This document shows, one piece after another, positions 27,110 through 41,350 of a stretch of 64,000 nucleotides of DNA. Each line of letters starts with the position of its first letter. Within the stretch, counting starts at the first letter, position 1. The stretch lies in assembly GCF_963921235.1 (NCBI RefSeq), contig NW_026948111.1:1-64000 (forward strand), given 5' to 3'. The stretch is from Mobula hypostoma (Eukaryota). The notes beneath the pieces are model-generated. The model saw only the letters and a program-made list of their open reading frames with translations, did no database searches and was not told where the DNA came from. The position numbers and the translations under genes were made by a program.

Positions 27110-29800
27110 GACACTGCCTTTTGATCTCTGGTGGGATCGCTCTGTTATCAGAGAGAGAGAGGACAATGTCTTTTGATCACTTGTGGGATCGCCCTATGAG
27201 AGAGAGGACACTGCCTTGTGATCACTGGCGGGATCGCTCTGTTATCAGAGAGAGGATGCTGCCTTTTGATCACTGGTGGGATCACTCTGTTATCAGAGAG
27301 AGAGGACACTGCCTTTAGATCACTGGTGGGGTCGCTCTATGAGAGAGAGGACACTACCTTTTGATCACTGGTGGGATCACTCTGTTATCAGAGAGAGATG
27401 ACACTGCCTTGTGATCACTGGTGGGATCGCTCTGTTATCAGGGAGAGGACACTGCCTTTTGATCACTGGTGGGATCACTCTGTTATCAGAGAGAGGACAC
27501 TGCCTTTTGATCACTGGTGGGATCACTCCGTTATCAGAGAGAGGACACTGTCTTTTGATCATTCGTGGGATTTCTCTATGAGAGAGAGGACACTGCCTTT
27601 TGATCACTGGTGGGATCGCTCTGTTATCAGAGAGAGAGGACACTGCCTTGTGATCACTGGTGGGATCGCTCTGTTATCACAGAGAGGACACTGCCTTTTG
27701 ATCACTGGTGGGATCGCTACATTATCAAAGAGAGGACACTGCCTTTTGATCATGGGTGGGATCGCTCTATGAGAGAGAGGACACTGCCTTTTGATCACTG
27801 GTGGGATCGCTCTGTTATCAGAGAGAGGACACTGCCTTTTGATCACTGGTGGGATCACTCTGTTATCAGAGACAGAGGACACTGCCTTGTGATCACTGGT
27901 TGGATCGCTCTGTTATCAGAGAAGACACTGCCTTTTGATCACTGGTGGGATTGCTCTGTTATCCGACAGAGGACACTGCCTTGTGATCACTGGTTGGATC
28001 GCTCTGTTATCAGAGAGGACTGCCTTTTGATCATTGGTGGGATCACTCTGTTATCAGAGAGAGGACACTGCCTTTTGATCACTGGTGCGATTGCTCTATG
28101 AGAGAGAGGACACTGTCTTTTCATGACTGGTGGGATCGCTCTGTTATCAGAGAGGACACTGCCTTTTGATCACTGGTGGGATCGCTCTGTTATCAGAGAG
28201 AGAGGACACTGCCTTGTGATCACTGGTGGGATCGCCCTGTTATCAGAGAGAGAGGACACTGCCTTTTGATCACTGGTAGGGTCGCTCTATGAGAGAGAGG
28301 ACACTGCCTTGTGATCTCTGGTGGGATCGCTCTGATATCAGAGAGGACACTGCCTTTTGATCACTGGTGGGATCGCTCTGTTATCAGAGAGAGGACACTG
28401 CCTTTTGATCACTGGTGGGATCACTCTGTTATCAGAGAGAGGACACTGCCTTTTGATCACTGGTGGGATTGCTCTATGAGAGAGAGGACACTGCCTTTTG
28501 ATCACTGGTGGGATCGCTCTGTTATCAGAGAGAGGACACTGCCTTTTGATCTCTGGTGGGATCACTCCGTTATCAGAGAGAGAGAGGACAATGTCTTTTG
28601 ATCACTTGTGGGATCGCCCTATGAGAGAGAGGACACTGCCTTGTGATCACTGGCGGGATCGCTCTGTTATCAGAGAGAGGATGCTGCCTTTTGATCACTG
28701 GTGGGATCACTCTGTTATCAGAGAGAGAGGACACTGCCTTTAGATCACTGGTGGGGTCGCTCTATGAGAGAGAGGACACTACCTTTTGATCACTGGTGGG
28801 ATCACTCTGTTATCAGAGAGAGATGACACTGCCTTGTGATCACTGGTGGGATCGCTCTGTTATCAGGGAGAGGACACTGCCTTTTGATCACTGGTGGGAT
28901 CACTCTGTTATCAGAGAGAGGACACTGCCTTTTGATCACTGGTGGGATCACTCCGTTATCAGAGAGAGGACACTGTCTTTTGATCATTCGTGGGATTTCT
29001 CTATGAGAGAGAGGACACTGCCTTTTGATCACTGGTGGGATCGCTCTGTTATCAGAGAGAGAGGACACTGCCTTGTGATCACTGGTGGGATCGCTCTGTT
29101 ATCACAGAGAGGACACTGCCTTTTGATCACTGGTGGGATCGCTACATTATCAAAGAGAGGACACTGCCTTTTGATCATGGGTGGGATCGCTCTATGAGAG
29201 AGAGGACACTGCCTTTTGATCACTGGTGGGATCGCTCTGTTATCAGAGAGAGGACACTGCCTTTTGATCACTGGTGGGATCACTCTGTTATCAGAGACAG
29301 AGGACACTGCCTTGTGATCACTGGTTGGATCGCTCTGTTATCAGAGAGGACACTGCCTTTTGATCACTGGTGGGATTGCTCTGTTATCCGACAGAGGACA
29401 CTGCCTTGTGATCACTGGTTGGTTCGCTCTGTTATCAGAGAGGACTGCCTTTTGATCATTGGTGGGATCACTCTGTTATCAGAGAGAGGACACTGCCTTT
29501 TGATCACTGGTGCGATTGCTCTATGAGAGAGAGGACACTGTCTTTTCATGACTGGTGGGATCGCTCTGTTATCAGAGAGGACACTGCCTTTTGATCACTG
29601 GTCGGATCGCTCTGTTATCAGAGAGAGAGGACACTGCCTTGTGATCACTGGTGGGATCGCCCTGTTATCAGAGAGAGAGGACACTGCCTTTTGATCACTG
29701 GTAGGGTCGCTCTATGAGAGAGAGGACACTGCCTTGTGATCTCTGGTGGTATCGCTCTGATCTCAGAGAGGACACTGCCTTTTGATCACTGGTGGGATCG
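27110..29800. repeat. Tandem duplication, period 1,425 bp (~30 monomers)
   Basis: ORF pairs 27371/28796, 27610/29035 and 28311/29736 are offset by 1,425. The marker cattcgtgggatttc is at 27560 and 28985. Confidence 0.9.
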
Positions 29801-32800
29801 CTCTATGAGAGAAAGGATACTGCCTTTTGATCACTGGTGGGATTGCTCTATGAGAGAGAGGACACTGCCTTTTGATCACTGGTGGGATTGCTCTATGAGA
29901 GAGAGGACACTGCCTTTTGATCACTGGTGGGATCGCTCTGTTTTCAGAGAGGACACTGCCTTTTGATCTCTGGTGGGATCGCTCTGTTATCAGAGAGAGA
30001 GGACACTGCCTTGTGATCACTGGTGGGATCGCTCTGTTATCAGAGAGAGGACACTGCCTTTTGATCACTGGTGCGATTGCTCTATGAGAGAGAGGACACT
30101 GTCTTTTCATGACTGGTGGGATCGCTCTGTTATCAGAGAGAGAGGACACTGCCTTGTGATCACTGGTGGGATCGCTCTGTTATCAGAGAGAGAGGACACT
30201 GCCTTTTGATCACTGGTAGGGTCGCTCTATGAGAGAGAGGACACTGCATTTTAATCACTGGTGGGATCACTCCGTTATCAGAGAGAGGACTGCCTTGTGA
30301 TCGCTGGTGGGATTGCTCTATGAGAGAGAGGACACTGCCTTTTGATCACTGGTGGGATCGCTCTGTTATCAGAGAGAGGACACTGCCTTTTGATCACTGG
30401 TGGGATCACTCCGTTATCAGAGAGAGGACTGCCTTTTGATCACTGGTAGGATCGCTCTGTTATCAGAGAGTGGAAACTGCCTTTTGATCACTGGTGGGAT
30501 TGCTCTATGAGAGAGAGGACTGCCTTGTGATCGCTGGTGGGATTGCTCTATGAGAGAGAGGACACTGCCTTTTGATCACTGGTGGGATCACTCTGTTATC
30601 AGAGAGAGAGAGGACAATGTCTTTTGATCACTGGTGGAATCGCTCTATGAGAGAGAGGACACTGCCTTGTGATCACTGGTGGGATCGCTCGGTTATCAGA
30701 GAGAGGACACTGCCTTTTGATCACTGGTGGGATTGCTCTATGAGAGAGAGGACACTGCCTTTTGATAACTGGTGGGATCACTCTGTTATCAGAGAGAGAG
30801 GACACTGCCTTTTGATCACTGGTGGGATCGCTCTGTTATCAGACAGAGGACACTGCCTTTTGATCACTGGTGGGATCGCTCTGTTATGAGACAGAGGACA
30901 CTGCCTTTTGATCACTGGTGGGATCGCCCTATGAGTGAGAGGACACTGCCTTGTGATCACTGGTGGGATCGCTCTATGAGAGAGAGGACTGCCTTGTGAT
31001 CGCTGGAGGGATTAATCTATGAGAGAGAGGACACTGCCTTTTCATCACTGGTGGGATCACTCTGTTATCAGAGAGAGGACACTGCATTTTAATCACTGGT
31101 GGGATCACTCCGTTATCAGAGAGAGGACTGCCTTTTGATCACTGGTGGGATTGCTCTATGAGAGAGAGGACTGCCTTGTGATCGCTGGTGGGATTGCTCT
31201 ATGAGAGGACACTGCCTTTTGATCACTGGTGGGATCACTCTGTTATCAGAGCGAGAGAGGACAATGTCTTTTGATCACTGGTGGAATCGCTCTATGAGAG
31301 AGAGGACACTGCCTTGTGATCACTGGTGGGATCGCTCTATGAGAGAGAGGACACTGCCTTTTGATCACTGATGGGATCGCTCTGTTATCAGAGAGAGAGG
31401 ACACTGCCTTGTGATTACTGGTGGGATCGCTCTGTTATCAGAGAGAGAGGACACTGCCTTTTGATCACTGGTGGGGTCGCTCTATGAGAGAGAGGACACT
31501 GCCTTGTGATCACTGGTGGGATCGCTCTGTTATCAGAGAGAGAGGACACTGCCTTGTAATCACTGGTGGGATCGCTCTGGTATCAGGGAGAGGACACTGC
31601 CTTTTGATCACTGGTGGGATCACTCTGTTTTTAGAGAGAGGACACTGCCTTTTGATCACTGGTGGGATCGCTCTGTTATCAGAGAGAGGACACTGTCTTT
31701 TGATCACTGGTGCGATTGCTCTATGAGAGAGAGAACACTGCCTTTTCATGACTGGTGGGATCGCTCTGTTATCAGAGAGGACACTGCCTTTTGATCACTG
31801 GTGGGATCGCTCTGTTATCAGAGAGAGAGGACACTGCCTTGTGATCACTGGTGGGATAGCTCTGTTATCAGAGAGAGAGGACACTGCCTTTTGATCACTG
31901 GTGGGGTCGCTCTATGAGAGAGAGGACACTGCCTTGTGATCACTGGTGGGATCGCTCTGTTATCAGAGAGGACACTGCCTTTTGATCACTGGTGGGATCG
32001 CTACATTATCAAAGAGAGGACACTGCCTTTTGATCACTGGTGGGATTGCTCTATGAGAGAGAGGACACTGCCTTTTGATCACTGGTGGGATCGCTCTGTT
32101 TTCAGTGAGGACACTGCCTTTTGATCTCTGGTGGGATCGCTCTGTTATCAGAGAGAGAGAGGACAATGTCTTTTGATCACTTGTGGGATCGCCCTATGAG
32201 AGAGAGGACACTGCCTTGTGATCACTGCTGGGATCGCTCTGTTATCAGAGAGAGGATGCTGCCTTTTGATCACTGGTGGGATCACTCTGTTATCAGAGAG
32301 AGAGGACACTACCTTTAGATCACTGGTGGGGTCGCTCTATGAGAGAGAGGACACTACCTTCTGATTACTGGTGGGATCACTCTGTTATCACAGAGAGGAC
32401 ACTGCCTTTTGATCACTGGTGGGATCACTCTGTTATCAGAGAGAGATGACACTGCCTTGTGATCACTGGTGGGATCGCTCTGTTATCAGGGAGACGACAC
32501 TGCCTTTTGATCACTGGTGGGATCACTCTGTTATCAGAGAGAGGACACTGCATTTTAATCACTGGTGGGATCACTCCTTTATCAGAGAGAGGACTGCCTT
32601 TTGATCACTGGTGGGATTGCTCTATGAGAGAGAGGACTGCCTTGTGATCGCTGGTGGGATTGCTCTATGAGAGAGAGGACACTGCCTTTTGATCACTGGT
32701 GGGATCACTCCGTTATCAGAGAGAGGACTGCCTTTTGATCACTGGTGGGATCGCTCTGTTATCAGAGAGAGGACACTGCCTTTTGATCACTGGTGGGATT

Positions 32801-35800
32801 GCACTATGAGAGAGAGGACTGCCTTGTGATCGCTGGTGGGATTGCTCTATGAGAGAGAGGACACTGCCTTTTGATCACTGGTGGGATCACTCTGTTATCA
32901 GAGAGAGAGAAGACAATGTCTTTTGATCACTGGTGGAATCACTCTATGAGAGAGAGGACACTGCCTTGTGATCACTGGTGGGATCGCTCTGTTATCAGAG
33001 AGGACACTGCCTTTTGATCACTGGTGGGATCGCTCTGTTATCAGAGAGAGGACACTGCCTTTTGATCATTGGTGGGATCACTCTGTTCTCAGAGAGAGGA
33101 CACTGCCTTTTGATCACTGGTGGGATTGCTCTATGAGAGAGAGGACACTGCCTTTTGATCACTGATGGGATCGCTCTGTTATCAGAGAGAGAGGACACTG
33201 CCTTGTGATCACTGGTGGGATCGCTCTGGTATCAGGGAGAGGACACTGCCTTTTGATCACTGGTGGGATCACTCTGTTTTTAGAGAGAGGACACTGCCTT
33301 TTGATCACTGGTGGGTTCACTCTGTTATCAGCGAGAGGACACTGTCTTTTGATCACTGGTGCGATTGCTCTATGAGAGAGAGGACACTGCCTTTTCATGA
33401 CTGGTGGGATCGCTCTGTTATCAGAGAGGACACTGCCTTTTGATCACTGGTGGGATCGCTCTGTTATCAGAGAGAGAGGACACTGCCTTGTGATCACTGG
33501 TGGGATAGCTCTGTTATCAGAGAGAGAGGACACTGCCTTTTGATCACTGGTGGGATTGCACTATGAGAGAGAGGACTGCCTTGTGATCGCTGGTGGGATC
33601 ACTCTATGAGAGAGAGGACACTGCCTTGTGATCACTGGTGGGATAGCTCTGTTATCAGAGAGAGAGGACACTGCCTTTTGATCACTGGTGGGATTGCACT
33701 ATGAGAGAGAGGACTGCCTTGTGATCGCTGGTGGGATTGCTCTATGAGAGAGAGGACACTGCCTTGTGATCACTGGTGGGATCGCTCTGTTATCAGAGAG
33801 GACACTGCCTTTTGATCACTGGTGGGATCGCTCTATGAGAGAGAGGACACTGCCTTTTGATCACTGGTGGGATCGCTCTGTTATCAGAGAGGACACTGCC
33901 TTTTGATCACTGGTGGGATCGCTCTATGAGAGAGAGGACACCGCCTTTTGATCACTGGTGGGATTGCTCTATGAGAGAGAGGACACTGCCTTTTGATCAC
34001 TGGTGGGATCGCTCTGTTTTCAGTGAGGACACTGCCTTTTGATCTCTGGTGGGATCGCTCTGTTATCAGAGAGAGAGAGGACAATGTCTTTTGATCACTT
34101 GTGGGATCGCCCTATGAGAGAGAGGACACTACCTTGTGATCACTGGTGGGATCGCTCTGTTATCAGAGAGAGAGGACACTACCTTTAGATCACTGGTGGG
34201 GTCGCTCTATGAGAGAGAGGACACTACCTTCTGATTACTGGTGGGATCACTCTGTTATCAGAGAGAGGATACTGCCTTTTGATCACTGGTGGGATCACTC
34301 TGTTATCAGAGAGAGATGACACTGCCTTGTGATCACTGGTGGGATCGCTCTGTTATCAGGGAGAGGACACTGCCTTTTGATCACTGGTGGGATCACTCTG
34401 TTATCAGAGAGAGGACACTGCATTTTAATCACTGGTGGGATCACTCCGTTATCAGAGAGAGGACACTGCCTTTTGATCACTGGTGGAATTGCTCCATGAG
34501 AGAGAGGACTGCCTTGTGATCGCTAGTGGGATTGCTCTATGAGAGAGAGGACTGCCTTGTGATCGCTGGTGGGATTGCTCTATGAGAAAGAGGACACTGC
34601 CTTTTGATCACTGGTGGGATCGCTCGGTTATCAGAGAGAGGACACTGCCTTTTGATCACTGGTGGAATTGCTCCATGAGAGAGAGGACTGCCTTGTGATC
34701 GCTAGTGGGATTGCTCTATGAGAGAGAGGATACTGCCTTTTGATAACTGGTGGGATCACTCTGTTATCAGAGAGAGAGGACACTGCCTTTTGATCACTGG
34801 TGCGATCACTCTGTTATCAAAGAGAGAGGACACTGCCTTTTGATCACTGGTGGGATCGCTCTATCAGAGAGAGGACACTGCCTTGTGACCACTGGTGGGA
34901 TCGCTCTGTTATCAGAGAGAGGACACTGCCTTTTGATCACTGGTGGGATCGCCCTATGAGTGAGAGGACACTGCCTTGTGATCACTGGTGGGATCGCTCT
35001 ATGAGAGAGAGGACTGCCTTGTGATCGCTGGTGGGATTAATCTATGAGAGAGAGGACACTGCCTTTTCATCACTGGTGGGATCACTCTGTTATCAGAGCG
35101 AGAGAGGACAATGTCTTTTGATCACTGGTGGAATCGCTCTATGACAGAGAGGACACTGCCTTGTGATCACTGGTGGGATCGCTCTGTTATCAGACAGAGG
35201 ACACTGCCTTGTGATCACTGGTGGGATCGCTCTGTTATCAGAGAGAGGACACTGCCTTTTGATCACTGGTGGGATTGCTCTATGAGAGAGAGGACTGCTT
35301 TGTGATCGCTGGTGGGATTGCTTTATGAGAGAGAGGACACCACCTTTTGATCACTGGTGGGATCACTCTGTTATCAGAGCGAGAGAGGACAATGTCTTTT
35401 GATCACTGGTGGAATCGCTCTATGAGAGAGAGGACACTGCCTTGTGATCACTGGTCGGATCGCTCTGTTATCAGACAGAGGACACTGCCTTGTGATCACT
35501 GGTGGGATCGCTCTGTTATCAGAGAGAGGACACTGCCTTTTGATCACTGGTGGGATTGCTCTATGAGAGAGAGGACTGCCTTGTGATCGCTGGTGGTATT
35601 GCTCTATGAGAGAGAGGACACTGCCTTTTGATCACTGGTGGGATCACTCTGTTATCAGAGAGAGAGGACACTGCCTTTTGATCACTGGTGGGATCGCTCT
35701 ATGAGAGAGAGGACACTGCCTTGTGACCACTGGTGGGATCGCTCTGTTATCAGAGAAAGGACACTGCCTTGTGATCACTGGTGGGATCACTCTGTTATCA

Positions 35801-38800
35801 GAGAGAGAGGACAATGCCTTGTGATCACTGGTGGGATCGCTCTATGAGAGAGAGGACACTGCCTTTTTATCACTGGTGGGATTGCTCTATGAGAGAGAGG
35901 ACACTGCCTTTTGATCATTGGTGGGATCACTCTGTTATCAGAGAGAGAGGACACTGCCTTGTGATCACTGGTGGGATCGCTCTGTTATCAGAGAGAGGAC
36001 AATGCTTTTTGATCACTGGTGGGATCGCTCTATTATCAGAGAGAGGACACTGCCTTTTGATCACTGGTGGGATCACTCCGTTATCAGAGCGAGGACACTG
36101 CCTTTTGATCACTGGTGGGATTGCTCTATGAGAGAGAGGACTGCCTTGTGATCGCTGGTGGGATTGCTCTATGAGAGAGAGGACACTGCCTTTTGATCAC
36201 TGGTGGGATCGCTCTGTTATCAGAGAGAGGACACTGCCTTTTGATCACTGGTGGGATCACTCCGTTATCAGAGAGAGGACTGCCTTTTGATCACTGGTAG
36301 GATCGCTCTGTTATCAGAGAGTGGAAACTGCCTTTTGATCACTGGTGGGATTGCTCTATGAGAGAGAGGACTGCCTTGTGATCGCTGGTGGGATTGCTCT
36401 ATGAGAGAGAGGACACTGCCTTTTGATCACTGGTGGGATCACACTGTTATCACAGAGAGAGAGGACAATGTCTTTTGATCACTGGTGGAATCGCTCTATG
36501 AGAGAGAGGACACTGCCTTGTGATCACTGGTGGGATCGCTCGGTTATCAGAGAGAGGACACTGCAGTTTGATCACTGGTGGGATTGCTCTATGAGAGAGA
36601 GGACACTGCCTTTTGATAACTGGTGGGATCACTCTGTTATCAGAGAGAGAGGACGCTGCCTTTTGATCACTGGTGGGATCGCTCTGTTATCAGAGAGAGG
36701 ACACTGCCTTTTGATCACTGGTGGGATCGCTCTATGAGACAGAGGACACTGCCTTTTGATCACTGGTGGGATCGCCCTATGAGTGAGAGGACACTGCCTT
36801 GTGATCACTGGTGGGATCGCTCTATGAGAGAGAGGACTGCCTTGTGATCGCTGGAGGGATTAATCTATGAGAGAGAGGACACTGCCTTTTCATCACTGGT
36901 GGGATCACTCTGTTATCAGAGAGAGGACACTGCATTTTAATCACTGGTGGGATCACTCCGTTATCAGAGAGAGGACTGCCTTTTGATCACTGGTGGGATT
37001 GCTCTATGAGAGAGAGGACTGCCTTGTGATCGCTGGTGGGATTGCTCTATGAGAGGACACTGCCTTTTGATCACTGGTGGGATCACTCTGTTATCAGAGC
37101 GAGAGAGGACAATGTCTTTTGATCACTGGTGGAATCGCTCTATGAGAGAGAGGACACTGCCTTGTGATCACTGGTGGGATCGCTCTGTTATCAGAGAGAG
37201 GACACTGCCTTGTGATCACTGGTGGGATCGCTCTGTTATCAGAGAGAGGACACTGCCTTTTGATCACTGGTGGGATTGCTCTATGAGAGAGAGGACACTG
37301 CCTTTTGATCACTGGTGGGATCACACTGTTATCACAGAGAGAGAGGACAATGCCTTGTGATCACTGGTGGGATCGCTCTATGAGAGAGAGGACACTGCCT
37401 TTTGATCACTGGTGGGATTGCTCTATGAGAGAGAGGACACTGCCTTTTGATCATTGGTGGGATCACTCTGTTATCAGAGAGAGAGGACACTGCCTTGTGA
37501 TCACTGGTGGGATCGCTCTGTTATCAGAGAGAGGACAATGCTTTTTGATCACTGGTGGGATCGCTCTATTATCAGAGAGAGGACACTGCCTTTTGATCAC
37601 TGGTGGGATCACTCCGTTATCAGAGCGAGGACACTGCCTTTTGATCACTGGTGGGATTGCTCTATGAGAGAGAGGACTGCCTTGTGATCGCTGGTGGGAT
37701 TGCTCTATGAGAGAGAGGACACTGCCTTTTGATCACTGGTGGGATCGCTCTGTTATCAGAGAGAGGACACTGCCTTTTGATCACTGGTGGGATCACTCCG
37801 TTATCAGAGAGAGGACTGCCTTTTGATCACTGGTAGGATCGCTCTGTTATCAGAGAGAGGAAACTGCCTTTTGATCACTGGTGGGATTGCTCTATGAGAG
37901 AGAGGACTGCCTTGTGATCGCTGGTGGGATTGCTCTATGAGAGAGAGGACACTGCCTTTTGATCACTGGTGGGATCACACTGTTATCACAGAGAGAGAGG
38001 ACAATGTCTTTTGATCACTGGTGGAATCGCTCTATGAGAGAGAGGACACTGCCTTGTGATCACTGGTGGGATCGCTCTGTTATCAGAGAGAGGACACTGC
38101 AGTTTGATCACTGGTGGGATTGCTCTATGAGAGAGAGGACACTGCCTTTTGATAACTGGTGGGATCACTCTGTTATCAGAGAGAGAGGACACTGCCTTTT
38201 GATCACTGGTGGGATCGCTCTGTTATCAGAGAGAGGACACTGCCTTTTGATCACTGGTGGGATCGCTCTATGAGACAGAGGACACTGCCTTTTGATCACT
38301 GGTGGGATCGCCCTATGAGTGAGAGGACACTGCCTTGTGATCACTGGTGGGATCGCTCTATGAGAGAGAGGACTGCCTTGTGATCGCTGGTGGGATTAAT
38401 CTATGAGAGAGAGGACACTGCCTTTTGATCACTGGTGGGATCACTCTGTTATCAGAGAGAGGACACTGCATTTTAATCACTGGTGGGATCACTCCGTTAT
38501 CAGAGAGAGGACTGCCTTTTGATCACTGGTGGGATTGCTCTATGAGAGAGAGGACTGCCTTGTGATCGCTGGTGGGATTGCTCTATGAGAGGAAACTGCC
38601 TTTTGATCACTGGTGGGATCACTCTGTTATCAGAGCGAGAGAGGACAATGTCTTTTGATCACTGGTGGAATCGCTCTATGAGAGAGAGGACACTGCCTTG
38701 TGATCACTGGTGGGATCGCTCTGTTATCAGAGAGAGGACACTGCCTTGTGATCACTGGTGGGATCGCTCTGTTATCAGAGAGAGGACACTGCCTTTTGAT

Positions 38801-40469
38801 CACTGGTGGGATTGCTCTATGAGAGAGAGGACACTGCCTTTTGATCACTGGTGGGATCACTCTGTTATCAGAGAGAGAGGACACTGCCTTTTGATCACTG
38901 GTGGGATCGCTCTGTTATCAGAGAGAGGACACTGCCTTGTGATCATTGTTGGTATCGCTCTGTTATCAGAGAGAGGACACTGCCTTTAGATCACTGGTGG
39001 GATCGCTACATTATCAAAGAGAGGACACTGCCTTTTGATCACTGGTGGGATCGCTCTATGAGAGAGAGGACACTGCCTTTTGATCACTGGTTGGATCGCT
39101 CTGTTATCAGAGAGAGGACACTGCCTTTTGATCACTGGTGGAATCACTCTGTTATCAGAGACAGAGGACACTGCCTTGTGATCACTGGTGTGATCACTCT
39201 GTTATCAGAGAGAGAGGACACTCCCTTTTCATCACTGGTGGGATCGCTCTATGAGAGAGAGGACACTGCCTTTTGATCACTGGTGGGATCACTCTGTTAT
39301 CAGAGGGAGAGGACACTGCCTTTTGATCACTGGTGGGATCGCTCTATGAGAGAGAGGACACTGCCTTGTGACCACTGGTGGGATCGCTCTGTTATCAGAG
39401 AGAGGACACTGCCTAGTGATCACTGGTGGGATCGCTCTGTTATCAGAAAGAGAGGACACTGCCTAGTGATCACTGGTGGGATCGCTCTGTTATCAAAGAG
39501 AGGACACTGCCTTTTGATCACTGGTGGGATTGCTCTATGAGAGAGAGGACACTGCCTTTTGATCACTGATGGGATCGCTCTGTTATCAGAGAGAGAGGAC
39601 ACTGCCTTGTGATTACTGGTGGGATCGCTCTGTTATCAGAGAGAGAGGACACTGCCTTTTGATCACTGGTGGGGTCGCTCTATGAGAGAGAGGACACTGC
39701 CTTGTGATCACTGGTGGGATCGCTCTGTTATCAGAGAGGACACTGCCTTTTGATCACTGGTGGGATTGCTCTGTTATCAGCGAGAGGACACTGTCTTTTG
39801 ATCACTGGTGCGATTGCTCTATGAGAGAGAGGACACTGCCTTTTCATGTCTGGTGGGATCGCTCTGTTATCAGAGAGGACACTGCCTTTTGATCACTGGT
39901 GGGATCGCTCTGTTATCAGAGAGAGAGGACACTGCCTTTTGATCACTGGTGGGATCGCTCTGTTATCAGAGAGAGAGGACACTGCCTTTTGATCACTGGT
40001 GGGGTCGCTCTATGAGAGAGAGGACACTGCCTTTTGATCACTGGTGTGATCGCTCTGTTATCAGAGAGGACACTGCCTTTTGATCACTGGTGGGATCGCT
40101 CTATGAGAGAGAGGACACTGCCTTTTGATCACTGGTGGGATTGCTCTATGAGAGAGAGGACACTGCCTTTTGATCACTGGTGGGATCGCTCTGTTTTCAG
40201 TGAGGACACTGCCTTTTGATCTCTGGTGGGATCGCTCTGTTATCAGAGAGAGAGAGGACAATGTCTTTTGATCACTTGTGGGATCGCCCTATGAGAGAGA
40301 GGACACTGCCTTGTGATCACTGGCGGGATCGCTCTGTTATCAGAGAGAGGATGCTGCCTTTTGATCACTGGTGGGATCACTCTGTTATCAGAGAGAGAGG
40401 ACACTGCCTTTAGATCACTGGTGGGGTCGCTCTATGAGAGAGAGGACACTACCTTTTGATCACTGGTGG

Positions 40470-41350
40470 GATCACTCTGTTATCAGAGAGAGATGACACT
40501 GCCTTGTGATCACTGGTGGGATCGCTCTGTTATCAGGGAGAGGACACTGCCTTTTGATCACTGGTGGGATCACTCTGTTATCAGAGAGAGGACACTGCCT
40601 TTTGATCACTGGTGGGATCACTCCGTTATCAGAGAGAGGACACTGTCTTTTGATCATTCGTGGGATTTCTCTATGAGAGAGAGGACACTGCCTTTTGATC
40701 ACTGGTGGGATCGCTCTGTTATCAGAGAGAGAGGACACTGCCTTGTGATCACTGGTGGGATCGCTCTGTTATCACAGAGAGGACACTGCCTTTTGATCAC
40801 TGGTGGGATCGCTACATTATCAAAGAGAGGACACTGCCTTTTGATCATGGGTGGGATCGCTCTATGAGAGAGAGGACACTGCCTTTTGATCACTGGTGGG
40901 ATCGCTCTGTTATCAGAGAGAGATGACACTGCCTTGTGATCACTGGTGGGATCGCTCTGTTATCAGGGAGAGGACACTGCCTTTTGATCACTGGTGGGAT
41001 CACTCTGTTATCAGAGAGAGGACACTGCCTTTTGATCACTGGTGGGATCACTCCGTTATCAGAGAGAGGACACTGTCTTTTGATCATTCGTGGGATTTCT
41101 CTATGAGAGAGAGGACACTGCCTTTTGATCACTGGTGGGATCGCTCTGTTATCAGAGAGAGAGGACACTGCCTTGTGATCACTGGTGGGATCGCTCTGTT
41201 ATCACAGAGAGGACACTGCCTTTTGATCACTGGTGGGATCGCTACATTATCAAAGAGAGGACACTGCCTTTTGATCATGGGTGGGATCGCTCTATGAGAG
41301 AGAGGACACTGCCTTTTGATCACTGGTGGGATCGCTCTGTTATCAGAGAG
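40470..41350. repeat. Tandem duplication, period 430 bp (9 monomers)
   Basis: ORF pairs 40466/40896 and 40705/41135 are offset by 430. The markers gagatgacac, cagggag, cattcgtgggatttc and gatcatgggtggg are each doubled. Confidence 0.9.
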